DNA of 62,741 nt, filler included. It is 3 parts of 3 records of this genome, joined end to end, with 100 filler letters (N's around TTAATTAATTAA, not from the genome) between each part and the next. Parts side by side here need not be neighbours in the genome. Positions count along the whole stretch, not along the records: positions 1 to 31,785 come from SRR20825019_471; positions 31,886 to 53,853 come from SRR20825019_484; 1 more part is not named here. One strand, 5' to 3'. A program made the position numbers and the translations under genes. Position 1 is the stretch's first letter. Every line of letters begins with the position of its first letter. Under the pieces are notes generated by a model. The model was not told the origin of the DNA. It saw only the letters and a program-made list of their open reading frames with translations, and did not search any database. Shown here piece by piece: positions 31,282 through 40,509 of this stretch.

Positions 31282-31785
31282 TGGATATCCGTGCAGCGGA
31301 AATTTCCAAGGTCCTGAAGGACCAGATCGCAAATTTCGGCAATGAAGCTGAAGTTTCTGAAGTTGGTACCGTTCTCTCAGTGGGTGACGGTATTGCTCGT
31401 GTATACGGCCTCGACCAAGTGCAAGCTGGTGAGATGGTTGAATTCCCGGGCGGCGTTAAGGGTATGGCCCTGAACCTCGAAAGCGACAACGTCGGTATCG
31501 TTATTTTTGGTAACGACCGCGGCATTAAAGAAGGCGACACCGTTAAACGGACCGGCGCCATCGTTGACGTGCCTGTTGGTAAAGGTCTGCTGGGTCGCGT
31601 TGTTGACGCGCTCGGTAACCCGATCGATGGCAAAGGCCCTCTGAAGGACGTTCAGCGTCAGCGCGTTGAAACAAAGGCGCCGGGTATTATCCCACGTCAA
31701 TCGGTTTCTGAGCCTATGCAGTCTGGCCTGAAGGCTATTGATGCGCTCGTACCCGTTGGCCGTGGCCAGCGCGAGCTGATCATTG
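31281..31785 (+). CDS. atpA: ATP synthase F1 subunit alpha, 5' part (truncated by contig end)
   Basis: [24 protein letters not shown] and GRGQRELII motifs. Confidence 0.97.
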
Positions 31786-31885
31786 NNNNNNNNNNNNNNN
31801 NNNNNNNNNNNNNNNNNNNNNNNNNNNNNTTAATTAATTAANNNNNNNNNNNNNNNNNNNNNNNNNNNNNNNNNNNNNNNNNNNN
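31786..31885. other. Artificial contig linker
   Basis: N44-TTAATTAATTAA-N44 (stops in six frames); genes are truncated on both sides. Confidence 0.98.
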
Positions 31886-32833
31886 GAACATGGTCTCGCC
31901 GATCATCAGCGCCGAATAGTCCCGGATGCGGGAAAGATAGACCGGATAGAGATAGGTCAACCCGTACAGACCGATCCCCATGACGAAACTGAAGGCGGAA
32001 CCGGTCGCGAAATTCCGGTTCGCGAAGGACCTGAGATCGACCACGGGCACCGCGGCCACGAAAGCGCGCCAGAAGAAACCCACGGCGGAAACCACGCCGA
32101 CGGCGGTGAAGAAGACGATCTCATGATCATCGAACCAGTCATTCCCCGGCCCCTCCTCCAGCACAAATTCGAGGCTGCCGAGAAAGCCTGCCATGAAGAA
32201 TAATCCGGACCAGTCGAACCGCTCCAGCAGGGACAGATCCGGCTCATCGAAATCGACCAGAGAGAAGGTCGCGACCGAGACCAGAATCCCCGGCACGATA
32301 TTGACGAGAAACAACCAGTGCCAGGAGAAGAGCTCCGTCAGATAGCCGCCGATGGTCGGGCCGATGGTCGGCGCCAGCGTGGCGACCAGACCGATGATCG
32401 GGCCGACAACCGGCTGCTTGCTGCGCGGAAATATCGTGTAGGCCGTGGCGAAAACCGTCGGGATCATGCCGCCGCCGATGAAGCCCTGCAGCGCGCGGTA
32501 GACAATCATTTCCTCGATCGAGCTGGCTGTCGCACAGAGGAAACTCATAAAGGTGAAGCCAGCACAGCATACGGCGAACAGCCAGCGGGTGGAAAACGCC
32601 CGGGACAGGAATCCCGAGAGCGGGATCATCACCACCTCGGCGATCAGGTAACTGGTCTGAACCCAGGAAATCTCGTCATTGCTGGCAGAAAGCCCTGCCT
32701 GAATTTCGCTCAATGAGGCGGAGACAATCTGGATGTCCAGGATCGCCATGAACATGCCGAAAACCATGCACAGAAAGGCGACAACGCGCCTGACCGGCAC
32801 TTCCGGCTCTGGCTGTGCGTGCTGCATGCTCAT
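31886..32833 (-). CDS. emrB: DHA2 family MFS efflux permease, 5' part
   Basis: MAILDIQIV, WVQTSYL, RALQG..GG, GPTIGG and WHWLFLVN motifs. Confidence 0.92.
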
Positions 32834-32844
32834 GATCCGGGCCT

Positions 32845-33999
32845 TCAGTCGCTGGCTTTGGCTGGCAATGTATCCGCCCGGGCGGTCGCGAGACTGCCCG
32901 CCGAAGGATCGTCCCGCGTGTCGATGGTTACTTCGACCGACATCCCGGGTCGCAGAACCCGGCTATCCGACAGCGCGGCATCAAAGCTGACACGCACAGG
33001 CAGGCGCTGAACGATCTTGGTGAAATTACCGGTGGCGTTTTCCGGCGGCAGCAGGCTGAAGACGGATCCCGATGCCGGTGAAATACTTTCCACACGCCCC
33101 GGGAAGACATGGTCAGGATAGGCGTCGATGGCGAGGGACACCGCCTGTCCGACATGAACCTGAGAGAGCTGAGTTTCCTTGAAATTGGCGTCCACATAGA
33201 CCTTGTCCAGCGGCACCACAGCGGCAATGCGGGAGCCCGGCTGCACATACTGGCCGACCTCCACCGCGCGATTCCCGACAATGCCGTCGATCGGTGCCAG
33301 GATTACCGTGAAGGACAGATCCCGCTTCGCCTTGTCGAGCGCCGTCCGAAGCTCGCTCAGGATATGTTTTTCCTCGGTCCGCTGGGCGTCCAGCACCGAC
33401 AGGTCCGCCTTCGCCGAAGCGAGGCTGGCCCGGGTCGCGGACAGATTTGCCCGGGCGCTATCGCGGGCCGCACGGGCATTGTCGAGGGACTGGCGGCTGG
33501 CATGGTTCTTCGCAACCAGTTTTTCCTGGCGAGCGAAATCAAGAGACGCACGCTCCAGCTCGGCCTTCGCGGCCTCGATATTTGCAGAAGCTTCATCAAT
33601 CGACGCCCTGGCCGACTCCTCTTCAACGCCGAAACGTTCGATGGTCGCTTCCTGGGTCGCGATCTTGTCTTCCGCCGCCTGGACGGCAAGACGGTAATCG
33701 CCATCATCGACCCGCGCGATGACATCACCCTTGCGGACGGCCTGATTCTCCGCCGCTTCGACGGAAACGACATAACCGGAGATCTTTGCCGACAGCAGGC
33801 TGTTATCCGCACCGACATAGGCATCGTCGGTGGAGATTTCGAACCGGCCGACCGTCCACCATTCATATCCGGCAAACCCGCCGCCGGTAAGAACCGCCAC
33901 GAGCAGCACAAACTGAATGATGCGTTTACGGAGGGAACCACGGCGGCGGGGTGTGCCGTCTGACGAATCAGCGGCTTCTAAGTCAGGGTCAGTGCTCAT
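32845..33999 (-). CDS. emrA: HlyD/EmrA membrane fusion protein
   Basis: STDDAYV, ANFKETQL and PPENATGNFTKIVQRLPV motifs. Confidence 0.93.
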   Translation of the reverse strand: MSTDPDLEAADSSDGTPRRRGSLRKRIIQFVLLVAVLTGGGFAGYEWWTVGRFEISTDDAYVGADNSLLSAKISGYVVSVEAAENQAVRKGDVIARVDDGDYRLAVQAAEDKIATQEATIERFGVEEESARASIDEASANIEAAKAELERASLDFARQEKLVAKNHASRQSLDNARAARDSARANLSATRASLASAKADLSVLDAQRTEEKHILSELRTALDKAKRDLSFTVILAPIDGIVGNRAVEVGQYVQPGSRIAAVVPLDKVYVDANFKETQLSQVHVGQAVSLAIDAYPDHVFPGRVESISPASGSVFSLLPPENATGNFTKIVQRLPVRVSFDAALSDSRVLRPGMSVEVTIDTRDDPSAGSLATARADTLPAKASD

Positions 34000-34013
34000 G
34001 ATGGGGCTCTATT

Positions 34014-34072
34014 TTGACTGAACGGTTCGGTCAATTTCTTTATCATTTAGATTGACCGAACCGTTCAGTCAA
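34014..34072. promoter_or_regulatory. Two TetR-family operators in exact inverted orientation
   Basis: TTGACTGAACGGTTCGGTCAA (34014-34034) and its exact reverse complement (34052-34072); each is pseudo-palindromic. Confidence 0.88.
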
Positions 34073-34181
34073 TGAAATATTGATATGGTTGCGGAAGAAA
34101 TGTGCTGCCCGGGTGAAGTTTCGCTATCTTGCCTGCGCTATCGGGTGGCGTCCGCCCGCACAGCAGAGGAGATACAACCTG

Positions 34182-34844
34182 ATGAGCACGTCCCCGCGCC
34201 AAGACGGCAGCACCGACACGGCAAGCGATCTCGCTGACCAGCCGAAACGCCGGGACATCATCGAAGGCGCCAGAAAAGTCTTTCGCGCCGAAGGTTTCGA
34301 TGGTGCCAGCATGGGGCAGATCGCCCAGGCGGCCAGCGTCTCGAAAGGCACGCTCTACGTCTATTTCCCGAGCAAGGAAGCCCTGTTCCATGAACTCGTG
34401 GTGCATGACCGGCAGGAATCGGCCGAGCAGATGTTCCGGCTCGACGCCATCACCGATGAAACGGATACCCGGCAGCTCCTGCAGAAACTTGGCGAGAGTT
34501 TCGTCAGCATGATGGTCCGCCCGGCGCATATTGCCCTGATCCGCATGGTCATAGGCGCGGCGGAGAAATTCCCCGAGGCCGGACGCACCTTCTACGAGAC
34601 CGGACCATGTATCGGTTTCAAGCGGGTTTCGGAACTGCTTGCCCGCGAAGTCGAGGCCGGGCGGCTGGCAATCGATTGCGACCTTGAACTGGCGGCCGCG
34701 CACTTCCTCAATCTCTGCCAGGGCAAACTGATAAAGCCCCAACTCTTCTGCCATGGCGGAGAGCCAACAGCCGCGGAAATCTCCGAAACCGTTGCAAGTG
34801 GCGTTGACGTCTTCTTGCGCGCCTACGCAGCGCCGGGGAAATAA
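34182..34844 (+). CDS. TetR/AcrR family repressor of emrAB
   Basis: GFDGASMGQIA..A.VSKGTLYVYFPSKEALF; divergent from emrA. Confidence 0.92.
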   Translation: MSTSPRQDGSTDTASDLADQPKRRDIIEGARKVFRAEGFDGASMGQIAQAASVSKGTLYVYFPSKEALFHELVVHDRQESAEQMFRLDAITDETDTRQLLQKLGESFVSMMVRPAHIALIRMVIGAAEKFPEAGRTFYETGPCIGFKRVSELLAREVEAGRLAIDCDLELAAAHFLNLCQGKLIKPQLFCHGGEPTAAEISETVASGVDVFLRAYAAPGK

Positions 34845-34855
34845 GCCCCCGGCCG

Positions 34856-35344
34856 TCAGACATCCGCCCCGGCATAACCGGCACAGACAATCACTCCGCC
34901 GGCGCGCCTGGCATATGTGCGTTTCGGCACCAGATTTCCGGTTATCGGATCCGGCCACATATAAAGCGTCCAGACACCATCCGGATGCGATGCGCTCGCC
35001 TCGATGATATCCCGGATAAAGAACGTCCCCTTGCGGTCCCGGCTTCCGATGACGTTCTGCCCCTCCGCCCGCTTGTCCGGATGCAGCAGAAGCGTGCCGG
35101 TCTCGTCCATGACAAAGACATAGAGTCCCATGTCCGGCCGGGCCCAGACCTTGCGCTCACTATGACGCATGGCACCGGGAAACCCGTGCGCGGCAACGGC
35201 AACGGATGCCAGTTCCACCATTTCGATCACTGCCGCACGCGTTCCGTACGCTTGCGCCGGAACAGGACCGGCCGCGAACAGCAAAGCAAAACCCGCCACG
35301 AATAAAAATCGGCCGAGTGCGGAACGCCGGGATAGCTCTGTCAT
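34856..35344 (-). CDS. Stand-alone single Cache domain protein with a twin-arginine-like signal
   Basis: SRRSAL leader; YVFVMD..GT.L.HP, D.KG.FFI, W..Y.WPDP and KRTY motifs. Confidence 0.82.
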   Translation of the reverse strand: MTELSRRSALGRFLFVAGFALLFAAGPVPAQAYGTRAAVIEMVELASVAVAAHGFPGAMRHSERKVWARPDMGLYVFVMDETGTLLLHPDKRAEGQNVIGSRDRKGTFFIRDIIEASASHPDGVWTLYMWPDPITGNLVPKRTYARRAGGVIVCAGYAGADV

Positions 35345-35482
35345 GAAAACACCCTGTGGCTGCCGGGCATGTGTGCTTTTGGGAATTAGGAGACGATCGC
35401 CCAGCAATGGCAAGCCCGGACAAAAAGGTGGCGGCCCGCTTCAGGAATGCCGGGCCACCACATGAGGTCCGTTCTCCGGCTG

Positions 35483-36349
35483 TTACCGCGCCTGCGCCTT
35501 TAAGTGAGCATCAAGCGCGCTGGCGTAGAAGACCGGCGTTTCCTGCATCGGGTAATGACCGGCATTCGGCGATACCACGAGCTTCAGGTTCGGATACCAT
35601 TTCCCGAAAGTGCCCTGGATATAGTCCGGCTGGAAAAACGGCAGATCGTTCTCGCCAAGAAAGACCGTGACCGGTACCGGCAAGCCGTCCACGTCGCCGT
35701 GGAAGTCCGATTTGTCGAACATGTCGAGATAGCCGAGACGGGCCGTTTCGGTCGTCCGGGTCATGGCCCATTCCGTTTTGGCTCTGGCCCATTGCGCTGA
35801 CAGGCGATTGCCGGTCAAGGCCTGGATTGCCTGCTCCGTTACCTCAGGATCCCGCGCAGCCCCTTCAAGAAAGCCACGTGTATCCGGGTCCGTCTGCATA
35901 CCGGCAGCCGAGACCGGCGTGGTCGCAAAAACCGACAAGACCCGGTCCGGCGCATCCGCCGCGATCCTCTGGACCACCATCCCTGTCATGGAATGGCCAA
36001 CAATGTGGAATTGCGGCCAGCCCAGCCTGTCCGCCAGCCGGAGCGCATCGGCGGACGCCTCCTTTTCATTGAAAGCACCGGGAATGCCCATCGATCCCCC
36101 GTAACCGCGCAAGTCGGCGAAGGCGTAGCTATAGGCTTTCGTATCCAGATACGGCTTGATCGGATCATAGTTCCGGCGATCGCCGAGCCAGTCATGCAGC
36201 ACCAGCACCTTCACCGGCCCTGTTCCGAGAGTTTCATGGGCAAGGATCGGCTTTTCACCTGGCATACCAGCGCACGCCGCAAGCCATAGCACCGGTAACA
36301 GCGCGGCAAGACGCACGCGCCGGAACAACATACGTGACATCGACTTCAT
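35483..36349 (-). CDS. Alpha/beta hydrolase, putative lipoprotein
   Basis: LAAC lipobox, DLRGYG, GHSMTG nucleophile elbow and AGHYP motifs. Confidence 0.88.
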   Translation of the reverse strand: MKSMSRMLFRRVRLAALLPVLWLAACAGMPGEKPILAHETLGTGPVKVLVLHDWLGDRRNYDPIKPYLDTKAYSYAFADLRGYGGSMGIPGAFNEKEASADALRLADRLGWPQFHIVGHSMTGMVVQRIAADAPDRVLSVFATTPVSAAGMQTDPDTRGFLEGAARDPEVTEQAIQALTGNRLSAQWARAKTEWAMTRTTETARLGYLDMFDKSDFHGDVDGLPVPVTVFLGENDLPFFQPDYIQGTFGKWYPNLKLVVSPNAGHYPMQETPVFYASALDAHLKAQAR

Positions 36350-36444
36350 CGAACTTCCCCAGTCCCGAATTCCGTAATTTCCGGATGGTGACGGGAGGAC
36401 TCAACTATTTACAAATAGATAAAAAATATGAAGATCATTCAAAT

Positions 36445-37365
36445 ATGAATATTGAAACGCTCGACATCAATCTCTTCAAGGCGCTGGTTGCGATCTATGA
36501 GGAACGCCAGGTCACGGCGGCGGCGGACCGGCTCGGGATTACCCAGCCGGGATTGAGCCACGCTCTTGCGCGATTGAGAGAGCTGACCGGAGACGAGCTG
36601 TTTGTGCGCCGTCCGGATGGCATGGTGCCGACGGCGGCGGCGGAAGATCTTTACGCCCGGGTTCGCCCCGGCCTGACACTTATCCAGGAAGGTCTCGGCC
36701 GGGCCGGGTCCGTCGATCCGGCAAGACTGGAGCGCACCTTCGTTCTGGGCATGAACGATTATGGCGCCAGCATCCTGCTGCCGCCCCTCATTCGCCGGAT
36801 ACGGCTGACAGCGCCAAAGGTCCGGCTGAAAACGCGCCATTTTGCGCATGGCACCCAATATGCCGACCTCAGGGCGGGCAACATCGATCTGTCCGTCACC
36901 GTGACGAGCGATCCGCCGGGCTGGACCGATCACGAGCCTTTGTTCGAGGAAACCGCCATGCTGGTCGCGTCGGCGGACAATCCTCGCATAGCAAGGCGCG
37001 CCAACGGGTCAGTCGATCTCGCCACCTATATTGCCTGCCCGCACGTCATCATGGCGCCCGATGGCATTGACAGAAACTGGGTGGATGACCTGCTGGAGGA
37101 TCTCGGGCACTCCCGCACGATCCAGCATACGGTGCCGCATTTCCTTGCCATCCCGCCGATCATCCGCGGCACGGAGCTGATCACCACCGCCCCCCGCCGC
37201 ATCGCCGAAGCGCTGGCCGACATTGAGGGGCTGGCCGCTTACGAGCTGCCTTTCGACGCACCGAAGCATCGGATTGTGCAGGTCTGGCCGAAACGCAGGC
37301 AGCGTGATCCGCAGCTCACCTGGTTGAGGGCTGAATTACGCGCGACCGCCGCCGAACTCACGTAA
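36445..37365 (+). CDS. LysR family regulator (NodD/LeuO-like)
   Basis: VTAAADRLGITQPGLSHALARLR...DELFVR; divergent from the hydrolase. Confidence 0.92.
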   Translation: MNIETLDINLFKALVAIYEERQVTAAADRLGITQPGLSHALARLRELTGDELFVRRPDGMVPTAAAEDLYARVRPGLTLIQEGLGRAGSVDPARLERTFVLGMNDYGASILLPPLIRRIRLTAPKVRLKTRHFAHGTQYADLRAGNIDLSVTVTSDPPGWTDHEPLFEETAMLVASADNPRIARRANGSVDLATYIACPHVIMAPDGIDRNWVDDLLEDLGHSRTIQHTVPHFLAIPPIIRGTELITTAPRRIAEALADIEGLAAYELPFDAPKHRIVQVWPKRRQRDPQLTWLRAELRATAAELT

Positions 37366-37372
37366 CTCCGGT

Positions 37373-37606
37373 TCAGGCGCCCTTGCGGATGACGAAGGTA
37401 AAGGCACCATCCAGCTCCGCCTCGCTCACCAGCTCATGACCGCCGCTATTGCAGAAATGCTTGAAATCCAGCGGTGACGCCGGGTCCGTCGATTGCACGG
37501 AGATCAATTGCCCGGGCTCAAGGCCTTTGATGGCCTTTCGGGTTTTCAGCACCGGTAGCGGACATTTCAGGCCGCTTGCATCCAGGGTCAGTGCCAACTC
37601 GCTCAT
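37373..37606 (-). CDS. tusA: Sulfur carrier TusA/SirA family
   Basis: LDASGLKCPLP and TDPAS..DF..FC motifs. Confidence 0.9.
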   Translation of the reverse strand: MSELALTLDASGLKCPLPVLKTRKAIKGLEPGQLISVQSTDPASPLDFKHFCNSGGHELVSEAELDGAFTFVIRKGA

Positions 37607-38399
37607 AGATCTCGGTCCCACAGGTGATCACGTTTGCTGCATATTGGGCCCCAGGGGCCGCATTGCCAATCCCGGCGGCATCCCGTCCAGCGCCTGTCGG
37701 ACGGGCATCGGCGATTTCCCGGATAATCTTGGCAAGCAGAACATCTGCGAACGGCGTCGCCTCGTCCGCCACCATGACAAAGGCACCAAGGCCGCCAATC
37801 ACATCCAGCCGGTAATGCATCTCCAGTGGAATATTTCCCGGCCCCCGATGGCCTCCGCCACGACTTTTTACAGCCAAAGCATTGATGGTGATGCCCGCAT
37901 CCACCGCCCGGTCGCGCGCCCAGTCGATGGGCCGTCCGCCAATCTGTGGGCCATCGCCGGAAACATCGATCACCATACGGGCGCCCTCATACCCGTTCGT
38001 CAGGATCTTGTCCGTGGAATAGGCAATGGCTTCGCTGATCGAGTTGTAACCCCAGGCCGCCCTGGGCGCGGAAAGTAACGACTCGCCGAATGCGAGAGCA
38101 TCGTCCGGACCGGAAATTTCCCGCCAGTCGACAATCGTGTGCTGGGAGGTCTCGTCACCCCATTCGATATAGCTGACCGCGATCTTGCCCCAGCGTCCGG
38201 AAGCAACGGCATCCAGCACACGCCGGTCAAGAAGCGCGTCAGCATAACCCTGCCGCTGTAACAGAAGTTCGTCATCATCAATCGAGCCGGAACCGTCAGC
38301 CGCAAAAACCAACTCGAGGTCTACCGGCTCGGCGACACCGCACGGCACATACGATGCCACTCCCAACAGCCCCAGAGCGACCGGCAGGCAGCAGCGCAT
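37518..38399 (-). CDS. DUF1194 (vWA-like) secreted protein
   Basis: VDLELVFAADGSGS, LQRQGYA.AL, VIDVSGDG, TINAL and VIGG.GAF motifs. Confidence 0.85.
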   Translation of the reverse strand: MRCCLPVALGLLGVASYVPCGVAEPVDLELVFAADGSGSIDDDELLLQRQGYADALLDRRVLDAVASGRWGKIAVSYIEWGDETSQHTIVDWREISGPDDALAFGESLLSAPRAAWGYNSISEAIAYSTDKILTNGYEGARMVIDVSGDGPQIGGRPIDWARDRAVDAGITINALAVKSRGGGHRGPGNIPLEMHYRLDVIGGLGAFVMVADEATPFADVLLAKIIREIADARPTGAGRDAAGIGNAAPGAQYAANVITCGTEIYERVGTDPGCKRPEMSATGAENPKGHQRP

Positions 38400-38447
38400 A
38401 AATCGGACATGAAGGCTTAACTTATTTGAAAAAAACCAGAACTTACC

Positions 38448-38597
38448 TGTGGATAACTTTTTTGACCCTATGGGAGCGATAGAAGCTTTAGATATGAGAG
38501 ATCCAGCTCGCCCCATGGTTACTCGCCTCTTGACATTCAGATCGAAAAGCCAATTCAGGGTATCGGTTTAAATTGGAAAAGATTGAAATTATTCACA
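38448..38597. promoter_or_regulatory. Pair of DnaA-box matches
   Basis: TGTGGATAA (38448-38456) and TTATTCACA (38589-38597), both matching TTATNCACA, in an AT-rich intergenic region. Confidence 0.5.
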
Positions 38598-38827
38598 AGC
38601 CATTCACAGTTTGGTATTTCGGCTGTACTGGCGGCGCGTGATGTTCGCCTTGAAATCTGATTTCCAACCAGCGAACAGAAACAAATATACCGGTCCTTTC
38701 GCTTTTTCGAAACATCAAAAAGGCCGGCCCGGAGAGATCGGAATATCAGAGCTTCAAGGCAGACGGCACTCCCTCGTGTAACGGCCGCCGGGCACTGTCA
38801 TGCCATAGGGCTTTACAGTCGGCCTGT

Positions 38828-39940
38828 TCAATAATCGGAAGTTCCAGCGGGGATCACTTCTAGGCTTCGTCTTGCAGAACGGACAGGCTGCCCATCCATC
38901 GCCAAAAGGTCCGCCTCCGCCTCAAGCCGAACCGGCTCCCTCACCCAATAAGGGAAATCTATTTGCAAAACCAGGCGATCGCCACCGTCAGTTACCCGCT
39001 GAAGCTCACGTCTGTAGCGGTTTTGGTCGACATAGCTGGAAAAAGCGCCCGTAACGGCCATGCGGATACGGTATTCCCCTCTCTCCGCAACACTCATCCG
39101 GCCGAAGCAAACCGGGCCCTTGAAGACTTCAAGATCCGGAGGAACAGGAATCGCGCTACCGCATTCACCGCTCACGGGATCCCGGGGCACAATCGAAAGA
39201 CTGATTAAACCGGCCACATCCCCGGCAGAGTTATGAGTCCTGTCATCGATCGCAGAAGGCCACAAAGCTAGGCCTGCGAATGCGGCAAGCAGCAGAGCGC
39301 AAATGGCTCCTCCGGCGACGGTGAGAGCTCTCAAACGGCTGTGTCTTGAAGCTCCCTCCTTCCACACAGACGGAGACACCTTCGGCAACAAACGCTCTAC
39401 CGCCTGCTGCCCGAGACAAATCTCCAGCGCATCCCGCGCGCCCGCCACGGGTTGAGTCTCCCAGCCATCCACACCCGAGATGCTTTCCGTTCCATGCGGA
39501 TACAGGAAGATACCTCCACCCTGCTCCGATGCGGCAGCGCGGGCGAGTTTTTCAGCAACATGCGAGACTGGCGTCACCTTCAGGTTCCGGTCCAGACCAC
39601 CCGTAACCAGAATGGTTTGTGCAGCCACATCCCCCGGCTTCGCCAGGGCACCGGAAAGATGAAAGGCATGCGCCAGGAACATTCCCAACTGCCAGCTCTC
39701 TCCCGCCTCTATCGGTGCGTCGACATCGGTGCGGTAGACTGGATGCCCCGTCATGCGTTCCACAACGCCTGTGGGCTCGCGCACGAAGGCATCGTAGGCC
39801 GGGCTGACCGGCAAGGCCGTGAACGATCCGCCGACGCAGATAACGGAGCGGACCGCCGGATTTTCACGCGCAATGTTCTGGACCTCTAACGGCCCGCGCG
39901 TTGTTGCGATCAGCACCCTGATCAACGGCATCGTCGCCAT
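38828..39940 (-). CDS. Single-pass membrane protein with an N-terminal Lon-like (S16) protease domain
   Basis: IEAGESWQLG (Ser82) and VTGGLD...VTPVSHVAEK (Lys131) match the Lon/RadA C-domain pattern; TM at about aa 205-227 after basic RHSRLR. Confidence 0.7.
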   Translation of the reverse strand: MATMPLIRVLIATTRGPLEVQNIARENPAVRSVICVGGSFTALPVSPAYDAFVREPTGVVERMTGHPVYRTDVDAPIEAGESWQLGMFLAHAFHLSGALAKPGDVAAQTILVTGGLDRNLKVTPVSHVAEKLARAAASEQGGGIFLYPHGTESISGVDGWETQPVAGARDALEICLGQQAVERLLPKVSPSVWKEGASRHSRLRALTVAGGAICALLLAAFAGLALWPSAIDDRTHNSAGDVAGLISLSIVPRDPVSGECGSAIPVPPDLEVFKGPVCFGRMSVAERGEYRIRMAVTGAFSSYVDQNRYRRELQRVTDGGDRLVLQIDFPYWVREPVRLEAEADLLAMDGQPVRSARRSLEVIPAGTSDY

Positions 39941-40509
39941 CAGGCCAGCAGAAACCGGCTATCCGGGTCACGAAACAGCCGAAGCAAAGGATCATCGGAC
40001 GGCAGCATGAGCTGGACTCCGCCATCCGCACTTTCAGGCAAAGCCCGCATCACCGTCTCGCCCGCTTCGGGAAGGCCAATCACAAGACGCGGCATGTCAC
40101 TACCCTCATCCAGACGTTCCACGATGAAATATGCCACCCCATCGGTTTCATAGGCGGCTTCCAGACGCATCCGGAACGCATCCGTTTCACGAACGGCCAG
40201 GGCGCCGTCACTCGCGGCGGCGACGGCAGGCAGATGCCCGAGAGCAAACCGGTGCGCCAACGCCGTAAGAGCCGCCCTGACATCCGCACGGCGCGCCGCC
40301 ATGTCCATGACGCGCCGCCCCGTGACGCTTCCCGGGTCGGCAAGACATTGAACGAAAGCCGCGAACGGAAGAGGCTTGTCCCCTGCGCCGGCGTCCTCCG
40401 TTTCAGGGGCTTCTGAAAGCCAGAGACGGATATCCCGATCAGCGGAACTGGCGGTGAAAAGCGCCTTGGCAAATTCGTCATCGTCCCCGGGGCGCTTTGC
40501 TTCGGTCAT
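39940..40509 (-). CDS. Hypothetical protein, anti-sigma-like
   Basis: GGGAG RBS; ATGA overlap with the upstream gene and TGATG overlap with the downstream gene; helical N-half, PAVAAASDG hinge, beta-rich C-half. Confidence 0.6.
   Translation of the reverse strand: MTEAKRPGDDDEFAKALFTASSADRDIRLWLSEAPETEDAGAGDKPLPFAAFVQCLADPGSVTGRRVMDMAARRADVRAALTALAHRFALGHLPAVAAASDGALAVRETDAFRMRLEAAYETDGVAYFIVERLDEGSDMPRLVIGLPEAGETVMRALPESADGGVQLMLPSDDPLLRLFRDPDSRFLLA

Noticed and set aside
31830-31841. TTAATTAATTAA as a biological motif (e.g. a CtrA site), also at 53898-53909
   Set aside because: Identical six-frame-stop spacer embedded in N runs; artificial
33109-34958. Long ORFs 33109-33963 (+) and 34065-34958 (-)
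   Set aside because: Antisense to emrA and the TetR gene
38400-38827. Chromosomal oriC
   Set aside because: Only two good DnaA boxes, and no hemE/dnaA/parAB-type neighbours or clear CtrA sites
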